NCBI GenBank assembly: GCA_030587475.2
Contig: JAUQYZ020000191.1
Coordinates: 1-34,029, forward strand
Length of the DNA: 34,029 bases
Source of the DNA: Candidatus Sigynarchaeum calidifontis
GTDB lineage: Archaea; Asgardarchaeota; Lokiarchaeia; Sigyniarchaeales; Sigyniarchaeaceae
Direction: 5' to 3'
A program made the translations under genes and the position numbers. The notes below the pieces were generated by a model. It saw only the letters and a list, made by a program, of their open reading frames with translations, searched no databases and was not told the DNA's origin. Each line of letters opens with the position of its first letter. Position 1 is the stretch's first letter. This document shows positions 1-9,822 of the stretch, piece by piece.

Positions 1-551
1 CCGCAATTGGGGCAAAACTTCACTTGTTGGTTGGCATCGAGCATTTGTCCGCAAAAGATGCAATATTTGCGTTCCTCCGATGTCTGGAGAGCGTTTTGCT
101 CTCCTTTTTTCACCGGTTCGAAACCTGGGGCTTGCTGGTATTGCATTCCCTCCCCCAGGATGATCTCGCCGGTTTGGGAATCGTACTTGTAGGATACCAG
201 TGCTTCAGCACGGAGATCCATGAGCACGCGGAGCAAGTGACTCCTCTTAACGCCCGCATCCGCCGCGATCTCCTCGAGCGAGAATCTACCCGTTTTCCTT
301 GCTTGAACGGCGGCAAGCACGTCTCGCCGTATTCGCTTGTCCGTCGACCGGTTGTTGATGGCCCCGATGAGCATGAAGAATGCCGGGATGAACAGCCAAT
401 AGCCCCACGTGTTCAAGCTCAAGAAATCAATGCGAAGCGATGAAAACACGAGTGAAACGATACCAATGCCCAAAAAGACGAGGCCGCAACCGAGGCTCGA
501 ATTCGTTCCCTCGTATTCCCGCTTCTCGTAGTGTCGCCGGTCGTAACTCAT
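1..551 (-). CDS. Membrane protein with two N-terminal TM helices, a winged-helix-like region and a C-terminal zinc ribbon (3' end runs off the window)
   Basis: Absent from the ORF track because it has no stop in the window. Manual translation from ATG 551: MSYDRRHYEKREYEGTNSSLGCGLVFLGIGIVSLVFSSL...WGYWLFIPAFFMLIGAI (2 TM)...GRFSLEEIAADAGVKRSHLLRVLMDLRAEALVSYKYDSQTGEII (HTH plus wing)...KYCIFCGQMLDANQQVKFCPNC (two CxxC). Frame is open to position 1. Confidence 0.8.
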   Translation of the reverse strand, partial: MSYDRRHYEKREYEGTNSSLGCGLVFLGIGIVSLVFSSLRIDFLSLNTWGYWLFIPAFFMLIGAINNRSTDKRIRRDVLAAVQARKTGRFSLEEIAADAGVKRSHLLRVLMDLRAEALVSYKYDSQTGEIILGEGMQYQQAPGFEPVKKGEQNALQTSEERKYCIFCGQMLDANQQVKFCPNC

Positions 552-638
552 TTTTCCTTCACCAAGGACACGTGGCGATTTCACACATTAAAAGATCTAG
601 GATCGAGTATCTTACCAACACATCAAGGCGCTAAATGC

Positions 639-995
639 TCAATCCTTTCTTTTCTTCGTCTTCTTGGCAAGCACATTGTCAATCTTGGCGGCGAGGATGA
701 AGTCATTATCGAACAAGCCCTTCACCGCGTGCGTGTAGAGTTCGAGCACGACCCTGTTATAATAGATGTAGATGTCCGGGTGGTGCCCCTCACTTTCCGC
801 GACGGCCGCTACCCTGTTCACGAAGTCCATGGACCCCTTGAAATCCTTGAATTTAAATTCCTTGCGGATCTTGTGCGTGCCCTCGCGCACGAGTTGCCAT
901 CCCTTGACTTGCGCGATGTACTTGGCCTCGTCCGCATCGCTCATTGGGGGGATCAAGCCTTCGCAAGGAACGCAGTGTTTCTCTGATAGTTCCAT
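639..995 (-). CDS. phhB: Pterin-4-alpha-carbinolamine dehydratase (PCD/PhhB family)
   Basis: L..KHCVPCEG N-terminus, F.FKDF...M.FVN.VA.VAE.EGHHPDI, L.LYTHAVKGL..NDFILAAKID family motifs. Confidence 0.93.
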   Translation of the reverse strand: MELSEKHCVPCEGLIPPMSDADEAKYIAQVKGWQLVREGTHKIRKEFKFKDFKGSMDFVNRVAAVAESEGHHPDIYIYYNRVVLELYTHAVKGLFDNDFILAAKIDNVLAKKTKKRKD

Positions 996-1128
996 GTTGT
1001 TTCATCCAAAATGCTTGGCGAACCGTGTATGTTAAACGGTAAAGTTCCATATATCCCTATCGCATTCGCTTCAGAAGGATGCACGTTGTCTAGCTTATCT
1101 CGCGAATTGGCGGCACGCAAAAGTTAGG

Positions 1129-1136
1129 AAAAAAAG
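1129..1136 (-). terminator. Oligo-T archaeal-type terminator candidate downstream of the giant surface-protein gene
   Basis: A8 run on + (T8 on -) about 17 nt after the stop at 1153. Confidence 0.4.
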
Positions 1137-1152
1137 AATCTAGAAAGCACGT

Positions 1153-4100
1153 CTAGAGATCGGGGATCAGCTGGAGCAAGGTCACGATCGCCGCGCCCGT
1201 CGAGTTGATGTGGTTGTTCTCCTCGATGATGCGCATGGACTTGAGCTTTGCCAGCACTTCGGCTAGCTCGGTCGTGAGCACGATCTTGTTCTTGTTGAAA
1301 TATTTCTGGATGGCCATCCCGTCCGTGTTATGATCATATATGGCGAATAGCGTGTTGCGATCATCCGCCGTGAGCATCTTTATATAAGGCTTGAGCTGGT
1401 CGATGATGTAATTCGTCCGCGGGTTGATGGCAAACACGATCTGGTCGGTTTTCAGCTTCTGGATGGCATCAAACGAGTGGATCTCCTCGATGCCCTTCGT
1501 CTTGAGGTTGTTGATGAGCTCGCGGATGTAGAACATCGATTCGAACTCCGCCCCCCTTGCCACGGTCAATACTTTCTTCGCGATCGACTTGCGCGGCAGC
1601 TGCTTGGCATATGGGATGACCTTTTGCTCGATGAGGCGGTGCGGGTAGAGCAAGTCTGACTCGAACACGCGCTCGATGACCGGCGTGACCGCCATATCTT
1701 GCAAGACTTCTCCCTTGAAATTCACAACTTGCGTTTGGAAGTATTTTTCGAACTCAATAGTAAACGCGCGCAAGCGCTCCTTCAACGTGTCGCTGGGACG
1801 CCGCAAGAGCAACAGCGCCACCCGCACGTGCTGGCCTTCGTCCAGGATGATCTTGAACTGCTGGTAAGACAGCTCCTCGAGCCCGCCCTTGAGGTCCTTT
1901 TTCATCTTCGTGCTGATCTCTGCCCCGAACGATGATATGGCGCTCAAGAACCCGGACACGAGCGACTCGTCGATTGGTACCTCCGCGAGGCTCTTGGAAA
2001 ACATTGGAACCCCGCCTGCCTTGTGGATCACGAGCACGTATTGGATGTTTTCCACGTCCGAGAGCCGGTTGTACATGCGGCGTAGCTGCGCCCTTGCCCT
2101 GTTGCGGCGCGGGACGACAACGCCTCGATGGATGGAGATGGCGATAGCCATCACGATAGCCAACGCGATGCCGATGTACGGGAGTAAATCCAGGAAATAA
2201 AGCCACTCGTTGAGCACGCGGAACCTGGGCGAATCGAGCATCGCCCCCGCATACTCGCCGGCTTCGATGAACCGCACGTGCAACACGATCTCGTTGCCCA
2301 CTTCGGTCAGCTCGATCGTGATCGAGGCAATGCCATCCGTGTTAGTACGGGCGACTTGTTGCTGGCCCGAAACATCGAAGACAATATCAAGGCCTTCCAG
2401 GGGCGTTCCCCCACCATCGGTCGCCCGAATAGAGAAAATGTACTTGCCGGTCATGTATGACGGGCTTATTGCACTCGCGAATTGCAATACGACCTGGATC
2501 TTCGGACTGATGGAAAGCGAGACCAATTGCGTATATCCCTCGACTTGCGCGGTGCCGGGGAACGAGATCGAAACATTCAATGTCGCTCCAACGCTTTCCG
2601 GTATCGTGTACACGAGCATGGCCGTGTTACCTTGTTGGATATACACCGTGGATGACGGGTTAATGCCGTACAAGAACGTGAAGATGACAGGCAAGCCCAT
2701 CAAGGGATACGTTGCGTTCTCGCACGTGAAGTTCAACGAGAAGGTAATCGTCTGGCCATACCGGATAATACCCGGTAAGGAGGCGAGCGTGAAGCTGAAC
2801 GTCCATCTCGGCAGTATTGGTTGAACCAGGGCCGTGTAATTGTACGCGACGGTTGAACTGCCTTGATATTCAAAAATGATTGTCAAATTGGCGAAGCCTC
2901 CCGCGATCTCGGGAATCGTGTACCGCACGATGCCGTTGATGTCTGTCCGAAGCTGTTGCGTCAGGAACGGCGCCATGTTCTGGTTCTCGTACCAGGCAAC
3001 GAACATGATCAACCGGTTAAGCAAACTCTCGCTCGGGTCGGTTATGTTGATTTGTAAACCGTACGTGGCCGAATACCCCGTTCGCACGGTCGTAGGGCTT
3101 TCGATAATCGCCATGTTGATGGGTACACGGTCGAGAACCGTTCTATCGGCTAGCGACGTATCGGGTGCGAGATCCGTATCCCCCGCGAAGATCGCCGTGA
3201 CCTTGAATAGCTCGTTAAGATATCTGGGATCGATGATGTAGTCGTAGATAACCTTCCCTTGCGAATCCGTCGTTCCCGTAACCGTGAAATTTAGCACGGT
3301 CCCGATCACGATGTTTAACATCAAAGTCTTGCCCGGGATACCTGTACCATTGACGAGATAGGTGAGGGTCGCGACGATCTGGAAAGGCTTCAAGATCCGA
3401 ATGCTATCTGGCAATTCAAGCATAATGTCCGTGGTCAATCGAGGCCGGATCGAAAGGGACACGTTCGTGCTCAACGACGATTGGCAATTAAACGCGGTGG
3501 CGTTCACGCGGACCGTGTAATTGCCAGGAACGAGCCCGTCGATGGATACCGTTCTCGAATACACCCCGCTCATGAGAAACTGGAGCGTTCCCGTCCGCAA
3601 CTGCGTGGATCCTTGATAGATGAAATACGTCAAGGTGCCATAGTTATACGGGATGGGCGCAGCAGGGTTCACGCGCGTTGCGAAGGCAGCTACCAGCAAG
3701 ACGTTCCCGCCCTCGTTTACCGGCGGTATGCTATTTAGCGTGGTCATGGTGGGGCACTTGGCAATCGTCATGTTCACGTGGATCATCACGGGATTGTACC
3801 CACTGGCTGAACACGTGATAAACAAGGTCGTGTTCGTTCCCGGAGCGGTTGCGTTCAAGCCAGTCGTGTCCAGGGTGAGGTTATACTTGCCTCGATCGGC
3901 GCTAAGGTTCGTGATCTTGTAGATCTCGACGGCTTGCGAGATCTTGCCGGCCGTACCGACACGCCCGATAACCAGGCCATTCAAGAGCGGGTTTCCCGAC
4001 GCGAGGTCCTTCAAGAAAACTTGAATGCGGCTATTGATCGTGTCGTTCACGTATGGTATGTTGCCCGGGTCGATGACATATTTTCCACCGACTTTCGTCG

Positions 4101-6987
4101 CCCCGATCAAGATCGACGCGTTGATAGAACTCGTCGTGGTGATGGTCAAGTTCCACAGCAAGTTTTGTGGCTGGTGATTTAACTTGGTTATGTTGAAGAT
4201 CAGCTTGTAAAGCCCACCCGGCGCGCCCGTCGTGTACAATGGGATTTGATAATCCCCATTTCCCAGGTCCGAGAATCCCGCCTGGTAGGAGCCCCGCCAC
4301 GACATCCCGTATAATTCGGGGATGCCCGAGGAATTGTCGAACACGGTGATGTTCGCGCCCGTGATCGGAAAACTATCCGATGTCCTATAGCGGATCGTGA
4401 AGTTCGCCGTGATGCCGGATTGCACGGAGGATGTCGTCGAGACGAAACTCGCCGTGGTCGCGTTCAAGATGTAGAAATCATCCCGCAAGGAACCGAAGCG
4501 GCGTGTCGTTCCGGGTATTGCGACCGAGTCGTTCCAACGGAGTTCGATATAATACTTGCCGACCGCGTAGCTCGTCAATAAAGGCGTACTTCCAGAAATG
4601 ACTTGCCCAGACGAGGACCGGTGAACCGGATATCCCGCAAGCATGTTTCCTCCAGAATCCAGCAACGCGAGGCGATATGCAGAGGCCGGAAGGCTTTCCC
4701 GTATCGTGAACGTGAAGTTTAACGTCTGGCCCCTGTAATACGCCGGAATGCCAAGATAGGGTACCGAGTTCAAGAAGATCAGCCCCGTGATGTAGTTCGG
4801 CTGGGTTGCTCTAATGGTCCAGATCCCCGCAAAGAGCGGTTGTCGCAGGCGAACGCTTTGCACGGAAGCATCCGCGCTAAAATTGAAGCGAACCATATTG
4901 CTCGTGAAATCGGTTCCGACGGGTGTAGATGCCGAAGTGATTAGCCAGTTACCGCTCTGGGAACCCTTGTTGTCGAAAGCGGGAAGATCGAGGCAAGAAA
5001 AGGAATAGATGCTGATGTTGAACCGTTTGGTGGCGTTCAGCACGACCAAGGCGTTGAACGTCGCCGTGTTGTCGTACGTTATCGTCCAGGTCCCGTTCGG
5101 GTTGTTCGCGGACGGGATGGCATAGGTCGCGGCAGCACCACTCGGGACCAGCCTGAACTGGTAAGCCACGAAGCGGGTGTCGAAGTTGATGAACGTCGCA
5201 GTGGCATACTCCGGATGTCTCGAGCGGAAGGCGAATGCATGATCTTGTCCCGGAATCCAGCTGCCGGCATTCACCTCGTATGACGCCGTGGTGATCGGGA
5301 TCCAACCCCCGCCATCGATGCTGACGTCGAGCTGCGCGGACGGCACATCCGTGTATTTATAATTGATCGTGAACATCACGTTATCGAGCAAGATCGTGTG
5401 GCTCATCGGCTCGTAGAAATCCTTTTCGAAGATGAGGCCCAACGAGATCTTCAAGTTGTTTTGTTGGAGCAAAGATTTGTACTTCTGCGATATGCTGAAT
5501 GCCACGTGGTTCCACGATGGACTCGGTCCCCCCGCGCGGGTAACGACCATGCTCTTGTACGGGAGAACACGGATCTCGCGGGAATCGCCCGTGTCGAGCT
5601 GCTCCAGCTTTAAAAACAAGGACATCCTGTTCGCGGCTATGAATGCCTGGGGGATGGTACCGATATTGAACGTGAGATTGCTCGTCGCCGAATAGTCGAA
5701 TTCGAGGCGCGCGACCTCGAACTTGTTCGTCGTGTTGTAGGAGATTTCCGCGTAATGGAACCGGGCTATGATGCGATCCTGATCCCCATTCCACGTCGGG
5801 TTGGCGCACCAGACACCGAAATCGATCTTGTTCAAGCCGGCCAACCCGTTCACGAGCGAGGTGATGTTGTACGTTCGCGTGATGCGTGGATGGGACAAGT
5901 GGAGGGGATTCGTGTAGGCGATCAAGTTGGTCGGGCTGCCCGTGTACGGCAAGGCGTCGGTCCTCGCTATCATCATGCCCCCGCTCGCCACCGGCCGGCC
6001 ATCGATGTACTGGTCGTTCACCCGGGCGCATACCTGGTAGTTATCCGGAGCCTCGAACGACGATGCACTGTCGATGGACCAAGAGAGCTTGAGCTGGACG
6101 TAGTCGGCCTCGTACGGGATGTTGGTCAAGTTCCACCACGCGGCCGATGGGTTTCCACCGAGCACGGTCGTCGCGGGCATCATGTTCACGAGCAATGATT
6201 TCGTCGAGCCCTCGTAAACGAGCGTGATCTCGTCGTCAGGCCGGTTCACGCCACCGTACGGCGCGTTGAGGTCGGCCAAGAACGCGGGATTCGTGAGAAA
6301 ACCGCCAAAATCCTTTATATCTTGCGACTGGGCCTGGTACAGGAGCCCTTCCGCCACCTCGTGCCCGTTGGTGTTCATGACGGGCGCGACCTGGTTCCAG
6401 AGGGCATAATCACCCGCCCGGAAGCCTGGCGTGTTCTGCGAGAACGCGAGATGCTTGATGAACGTTTGCGTGTATTGCGGCATCATCGGCAATGGATAGA
6501 AAGCCATGCCCAAGGTTCCAGGACCCGTTGCCCTCATCGTCGGGTTCCACGAGGCACCACCCGGTTGCGAAAAAGTTGGATCGACGATTTTCTGCAATTT
6601 GTAATATGGCTGGATGTTCTCGAGCCGGGTATCGTTTATCTGCCATCCGGCCGGCGTTGCGATGGTGTGAAGATTTGACGGGATGGCTTGAAAGTCGCGC
6701 TTGGCGATCAAGCTCGTCACGTTCTCCACGACGTTGAATCTTGCCACGGTGCCCGTGTTGTACCCGCCACCTTCGAGAACCGGATCATCAGAAGATCCTT
6801 GGCTGTTCTCGATCGAGCACGTTTTGGGTTCGATGCGGGTCAAGCACGTGTTTGGTTCCACCATTGCCGGCTTGATGGCAAAGAAAGCCAGGCTTCCTGC
6901 AATGGTGGCGAGAAAGAGCAGTGATACCAGATATCTGGACAAATTTCCGCGTTTGCGGTTTTTCGTTTTCGCATAATGGCTAAACAT
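1153..6987 (-). CDS. Giant (~1945 aa) cell-surface protein: N-terminal signal/TM, beta-rich ectodomain with Ig-like stalk repeats, one C-terminal TM, cytoplasmic longin-like domain plus two winged-helix-like domains
   Basis: Basic n-region then hydrophobic YLVSLLFLATIAGSLAFFAI. Thr/Asn/Ser-rich beta-strand ectodomain with many NxS/T sequons. TM LLPYIGIALAIVMAIAISI followed by RRNRARAQLRR. Then NIQYVLVIHKAGGVPMFSKSL..IDESLVSGFLSAISSFGAEI..LEELSYQQFKIILDEGQHVRVALLL..LKERLRAFTIEFEKYF, a longin-like pattern. Start chosen at ATG 6987 (alternatives 6993, 7032). Confidence 0.85.
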   Translation of the reverse strand: MFSHYAKTKNRKRGNLSRYLVSLLFLATIAGSLAFFAIKPAMVEPNTCLTRIEPKTCSIENSQGSSDDPVLEGGGYNTGTVARFNVVENVTSLIAKRDFQAIPSNLHTIATPAGWQINDTRLENIQPYYKLQKIVDPTFSQPGGASWNPTMRATGPGTLGMAFYPLPMMPQYTQTFIKHLAFSQNTPGFRAGDYALWNQVAPVMNTNGHEVAEGLLYQAQSQDIKDFGGFLTNPAFLADLNAPYGGVNRPDDEITLVYEGSTKSLLVNMMPATTVLGGNPSAAWWNLTNIPYEADYVQLKLSWSIDSASSFEAPDNYQVCARVNDQYIDGRPVASGGMMIARTDALPYTGSPTNLIAYTNPLHLSHPRITRTYNITSLVNGLAGLNKIDFGVWCANPTWNGDQDRIIARFHYAEISYNTTNKFEVARLEFDYSATSNLTFNIGTIPQAFIAANRMSLFLKLEQLDTGDSREIRVLPYKSMVVTRAGGPSPSWNHVAFSISQKYKSLLQQNNLKISLGLIFEKDFYEPMSHTILLDNVMFTINYKYTDVPSAQLDVSIDGGGWIPITTASYEVNAGSWIPGQDHAFAFRSRHPEYATATFINFDTRFVAYQFRLVPSGAAATYAIPSANNPNGTWTITYDNTATFNALVVLNATKRFNISIYSFSCLDLPAFDNKGSQSGNWLITSASTPVGTDFTSNMVRFNFSADASVQSVRLRQPLFAGIWTIRATQPNYITGLIFLNSVPYLGIPAYYRGQTLNFTFTIRESLPASAYRLALLDSGGNMLAGYPVHRSSSGQVISGSTPLLTSYAVGKYYIELRWNDSVAIPGTTRRFGSLRDDFYILNATTASFVSTTSSVQSGITANFTIRYRTSDSFPITGANITVFDNSSGIPELYGMSWRGSYQAGFSDLGNGDYQIPLYTTGAPGGLYKLIFNITKLNHQPQNLLWNLTITTTSSINASILIGATKVGGKYVIDPGNIPYVNDTINSRIQVFLKDLASGNPLLNGLVIGRVGTAGKISQAVEIYKITNLSADRGKYNLTLDTTGLNATAPGTNTTLFITCSASGYNPVMIHVNMTIAKCPTMTTLNSIPPVNEGGNVLLVAAFATRVNPAAPIPYNYGTLTYFIYQGSTQLRTGTLQFLMSGVYSRTVSIDGLVPGNYTVRVNATAFNCQSSLSTNVSLSIRPRLTTDIMLELPDSIRILKPFQIVATLTYLVNGTGIPGKTLMLNIVIGTVLNFTVTGTTDSQGKVIYDYIIDPRYLNELFKVTAIFAGDTDLAPDTSLADRTVLDRVPINMAIIESPTTVRTGYSATYGLQINITDPSESLLNRLIMFVAWYENQNMAPFLTQQLRTDINGIVRYTIPEIAGGFANLTIIFEYQGSSTVAYNYTALVQPILPRWTFSFTLASLPGIIRYGQTITFSLNFTCENATYPLMGLPVIFTFLYGINPSSTVYIQQGNTAMLVYTIPESVGATLNVSISFPGTAQVEGYTQLVSLSISPKIQVVLQFASAISPSYMTGKYIFSIRATDGGGTPLEGLDIVFDVSGQQQVARTNTDGIASITIELTEVGNEIVLHVRFIEAGEYAGAMLDSPRFRVLNEWLYFLDLLPYIGIALAIVMAIAISIHRGVVVPRRNRARAQLRRMYNRLSDVENIQYVLVIHKAGGVPMFSKSLAEVPIDESLVSGFLSAISSFGAEISTKMKKDLKGGLEELSYQQFKIILDEGQHVRVALLLLRRPSDTLKERLRAFTIEFEKYFQTQVVNFKGEVLQDMAVTPVIERVFESDLLYPHRLIEQKVIPYAKQLPRKSIAKKVLTVARGAEFESMFYIRELINNLKTKGIEEIHSFDAIQKLKTDQIVFAINPRTNYIIDQLKPYIKMLTADDRNTLFAIYDHNTDGMAIQKYFNKNKIVLTTELAEVLAKLKSMRIIEENNHINSTGAAIVTLLQLIPDL

Positions 6988-7087
6988 GTCCATCCACCTT
7001 GTGTTGATAATCCGATTACAAGTAGAATGCATACAAGGAGTAATATATTATTCCTTTTCGGTACCCTTTTTCCACCCGATAATCGGG

Positions 7088-8398
7088 CTAAGCGCGGAAC
7101 GTGATTTGGCGAGGGCTTTTCGACAAGTAAAACATGACCAGCAACACGGTCGTCAAGCACGTCGCCACGAGCGTGCCAAGCAAGAACGGTAGCGATGGAT
7201 CGATGGGAATCACGATGCCGGACGTGAAGGTCGATGCGAGGAAGCCGATACCAATGGCGGCCTCGTAAACCCCCGCCCTCAGTCCCTTCCCCGTTTTGCT
7301 GAGCTCCATGAGCAAGATAATGCCGATGCAATACGCATAGCCGTTGAATAGGCCGTAGACCGTGAAGGACACGAGCAATGCATCGGCGACTGGAAAAAGA
7401 TAAATGAATAAATTCGCGACGGGAATTCCGATGGCGAAACCAAGCAGCATTTGCTCCCTGGCTTTCGCAGACATAACCCCAGCGTGCCACAGCGTGAGCG
7501 TGCGCCCGATCCCGAGGAAAAAAATTAAAGTGCCCGCGGTGAGCGACGGGTCCCACGAGGCGAAGAGCATTCCCTGGTTCATATACCCTTGCTTGGCAAG
7601 GGCGGGGAAAATGCGCTGGAGGATCTGGTTCGTAAACGCGAAATAAATTGCGGAGAACGCGATTGCCACCTTTAAATACACGAGGTATCGCCCTTTCGCA
7701 CGGTTTATGCGGTCCGAAATCACCACGTCGACCTTCACGGATTTGGCCTTGAATGCCGCGACATCCCCCTTGGCAAAGACGAATTTCAACGCAAGCAGCA
7801 TGGCGATAACGGCCACGGCTGCGAGCATCACGAATCCATATCGGACGCCACCGGCTGCGTCGAAGACGCTCCCTACGAACGGTCCAACGGTCAAGCCGAT
7901 GGACCAGCAGACAAGATATATACTAAGCGAGCGCGCGTGCAGTTTCTGAGAGATATATTCGGTCATTTCCGAGAGATATGCTTCTATCGGCGGCCAGAAC
8001 AGGCCGTAGCATAGGCCCGTGAAAACATTCGCAACGACGAGGTGGATCGGAGCAGCCGCGAGGAAAAAAACGACGACGTTCGTCGCTGCGAAACCGAGCA
8101 TCGCGCAAGCAAGAGACGCGCGGCGGCCGATGCGGTCAGACAAATGCCCTAGGATTACCGGAGAAATGCAATACGTTATGCCAAAACCAGTCGCAACCAT
8201 TCCTACCCAAAACCCGGCTTCCCCATCATCCATCGAGAGCCCGCGTGCGAGGAGCTCCGTGAGGGTTGACGTGCAAAAAGAGTTAACGCCGATCCCGATC
8301 CCGCCAAGAATCGACAGTAAAAAAGTCATGTTGATGGAGAGCATTGCCCGGCGCTTTGCGACCTCGCTTTGTTTCATGCGCGAGTCAATGACCAGCAT
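7088..8398 (-). CDS. MFS transporter
   Basis: About 12 hydrophobic segments; MFS motif A GHLSDRIGRR. Confidence 0.9.
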   Translation of the reverse strand: MLVIDSRMKQSEVAKRRAMLSINMTFLLSILGGIGIGVNSFCTSTLTELLARGLSMDDGEAGFWVGMVATGFGITYCISPVILGHLSDRIGRRASLACAMLGFAATNVVVFFLAAAPIHLVVANVFTGLCYGLFWPPIEAYLSEMTEYISQKLHARSLSIYLVCWSIGLTVGPFVGSVFDAAGGVRYGFVMLAAVAVIAMLLALKFVFAKGDVAAFKAKSVKVDVVISDRINRAKGRYLVYLKVAIAFSAIYFAFTNQILQRIFPALAKQGYMNQGMLFASWDPSLTAGTLIFFLGIGRTLTLWHAGVMSAKAREQMLLGFAIGIPVANLFIYLFPVADALLVSFTVYGLFNGYAYCIGIILLMELSKTGKGLRAGVYEAAIGIGFLASTFTSGIVIPIDPSLPFLLGTLVATCLTTVLLVMFYLSKSPRQITFRA

Positions 8399-8453
8399 CT
8401 AATATTCTATGCTTTCTTATGTCGCCTTGCCATATTTTATAATGGAGATCACC

Positions 8454-9794
8454 ATGGCAAAAAAAAGAAAGGACATCACGTTTCCAGACCACGCCACGCC
8501 CCGCGAGCAGGTGCTGCGCGAGATGGAGGCCGCGCGCGACAACGACGCGAAGTGGAAAGACGGGAAATCATTCGCATACGTGTACTACGCGACCGACGAG
8601 CATTATGATTTCTTGAAGAAAGCAACGAACATGTATTTTTCTGAAAATGCTCTGAGCCCGATGGCTTTTCCAAGTCTAAAAAAGTTTGAAGCTGAAGTCA
8701 TATCCATGATCGCCGATATGCTCGGCGGAGATAGGAAAACCTATGGTTCCATGACCACGGGTGGTACAGAATCGAATTTAATGACCGTAAAGGCGCACCG
8801 GGATTGGGCCAAGGAGAAGAAACCCACGCCCCATCCCGAGATCATCGTCCCGATATCCGCCCACCAATCATTCGACAAGGCAGCCCATTACTTCGGTCTC
8901 GAGATCAAGAAGGTGCCGTGGGACGCGGACTTCCGGACACACGCGGAAGACATGAAGGAGGCCATCACGGAGAACACGATCATGATCGTTGGCTCGGCAG
9001 TCGAGTATTCCAGGGGTATAGTCGACCCGATCAAGGCACTCGGCGAGGTTGCACAAGATTACAAGGTCGGCTTCCATGTGGATGGTTGTCTCGGTGGATT
9101 CATGCTCCCTTGGGTCAAAAAACTTGGTTACCCGATCCCGGATTTCGACATGTCCGTGCCCGGAGTCACGTCGATGAGTTGCGACATCCACAAGTACGGG
9201 TATGGCCCGAAAGGCACGTCGACGATCTTCTACACGAGCGAGAAACTCTGGAAGCACCAGTTCTTTGCATCGGTCGATAGCCCTTGCGGTGCGTACGCCT
9301 CGCCGACTATGACCGGCACCCGGGGCGGTGCCGGGATCGCAGGTGCCTGGGCGACCATCAAGTCGATCGGGGCGGATGGCTACATGCAGCTCGCCAGGAA
9401 CGCAATGGACGCGACCACGAAGTTTATCACGGCGATCAACGCTATGCCTGACTTGAAAGTGCTCGGCAAACCAGACATGACCGTGTTCTCGTTCACCGCG
9501 AGGGATCCAGCCGCGGTCAACATTTACGCGGTCGGCGACGAGTTGCAGAAGCGTGGCTGGATCCTCGACCGGTTGCAGTTCCCGCCTGCGCTGCACATGA
9601 TCGTGACACCCCCGCAGATCAACGTCGTGGATAAGTTCTTGGCTGACCTTGAGGCATGCGTCGCGTTTGTCAAGGAACACCCGACGGCCGTCGCCGAGGG
9701 CGCGGCGCTCTACGGCATGCTCGCCACGTTCCAGGACAGGACAAACTTGAAAAAAGTGGTCATCGATTTCCTTGCTGACCAGTACAAGGCTTGA
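8454..9794 (+). CDS. PLP-dependent group II decarboxylase-fold enzyme, sphingosine-1-phosphate lyase-like subfamily
   Basis: MTTGGTESNL, SAHQSFDKAAHYFG, FHVDGCLGGF, SCDIHKYGYGPKG (PLP lysine). N-terminal W.DGK.F.YVY and C-terminal ALYGM segments are typical of SPL-like proteins. ATG 8454 follows GGAGA. Confidence 0.85.
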   Translation: MAKKRKDITFPDHATPREQVLREMEAARDNDAKWKDGKSFAYVYYATDEHYDFLKKATNMYFSENALSPMAFPSLKKFEAEVISMIADMLGGDRKTYGSMTTGGTESNLMTVKAHRDWAKEKKPTPHPEIIVPISAHQSFDKAAHYFGLEIKKVPWDADFRTHAEDMKEAITENTIMIVGSAVEYSRGIVDPIKALGEVAQDYKVGFHVDGCLGGFMLPWVKKLGYPIPDFDMSVPGVTSMSCDIHKYGYGPKGTSTIFYTSEKLWKHQFFASVDSPCGAYASPTMTGTRGGAGIAGAWATIKSIGADGYMQLARNAMDATTKFITAINAMPDLKVLGKPDMTVFSFTARDPAAVNIYAVGDELQKRGWILDRLQFPPALHMIVTPPQINVVDKFLADLEACVAFVKEHPTAVAEGAALYGMLATFQDRTNLKKVVIDFLADQYKA

Positions 9795-9822
9795 TCAGGC
9801 CGGGAAACCGATTTTTTCCAAG

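Noticed and set aside
24-443. 139-aa plus-strand ORF and other short ORFs at the window start
   Set aside because: Antisense shadow of the minus-strand gene starting at 551, which has a coherent domain structure
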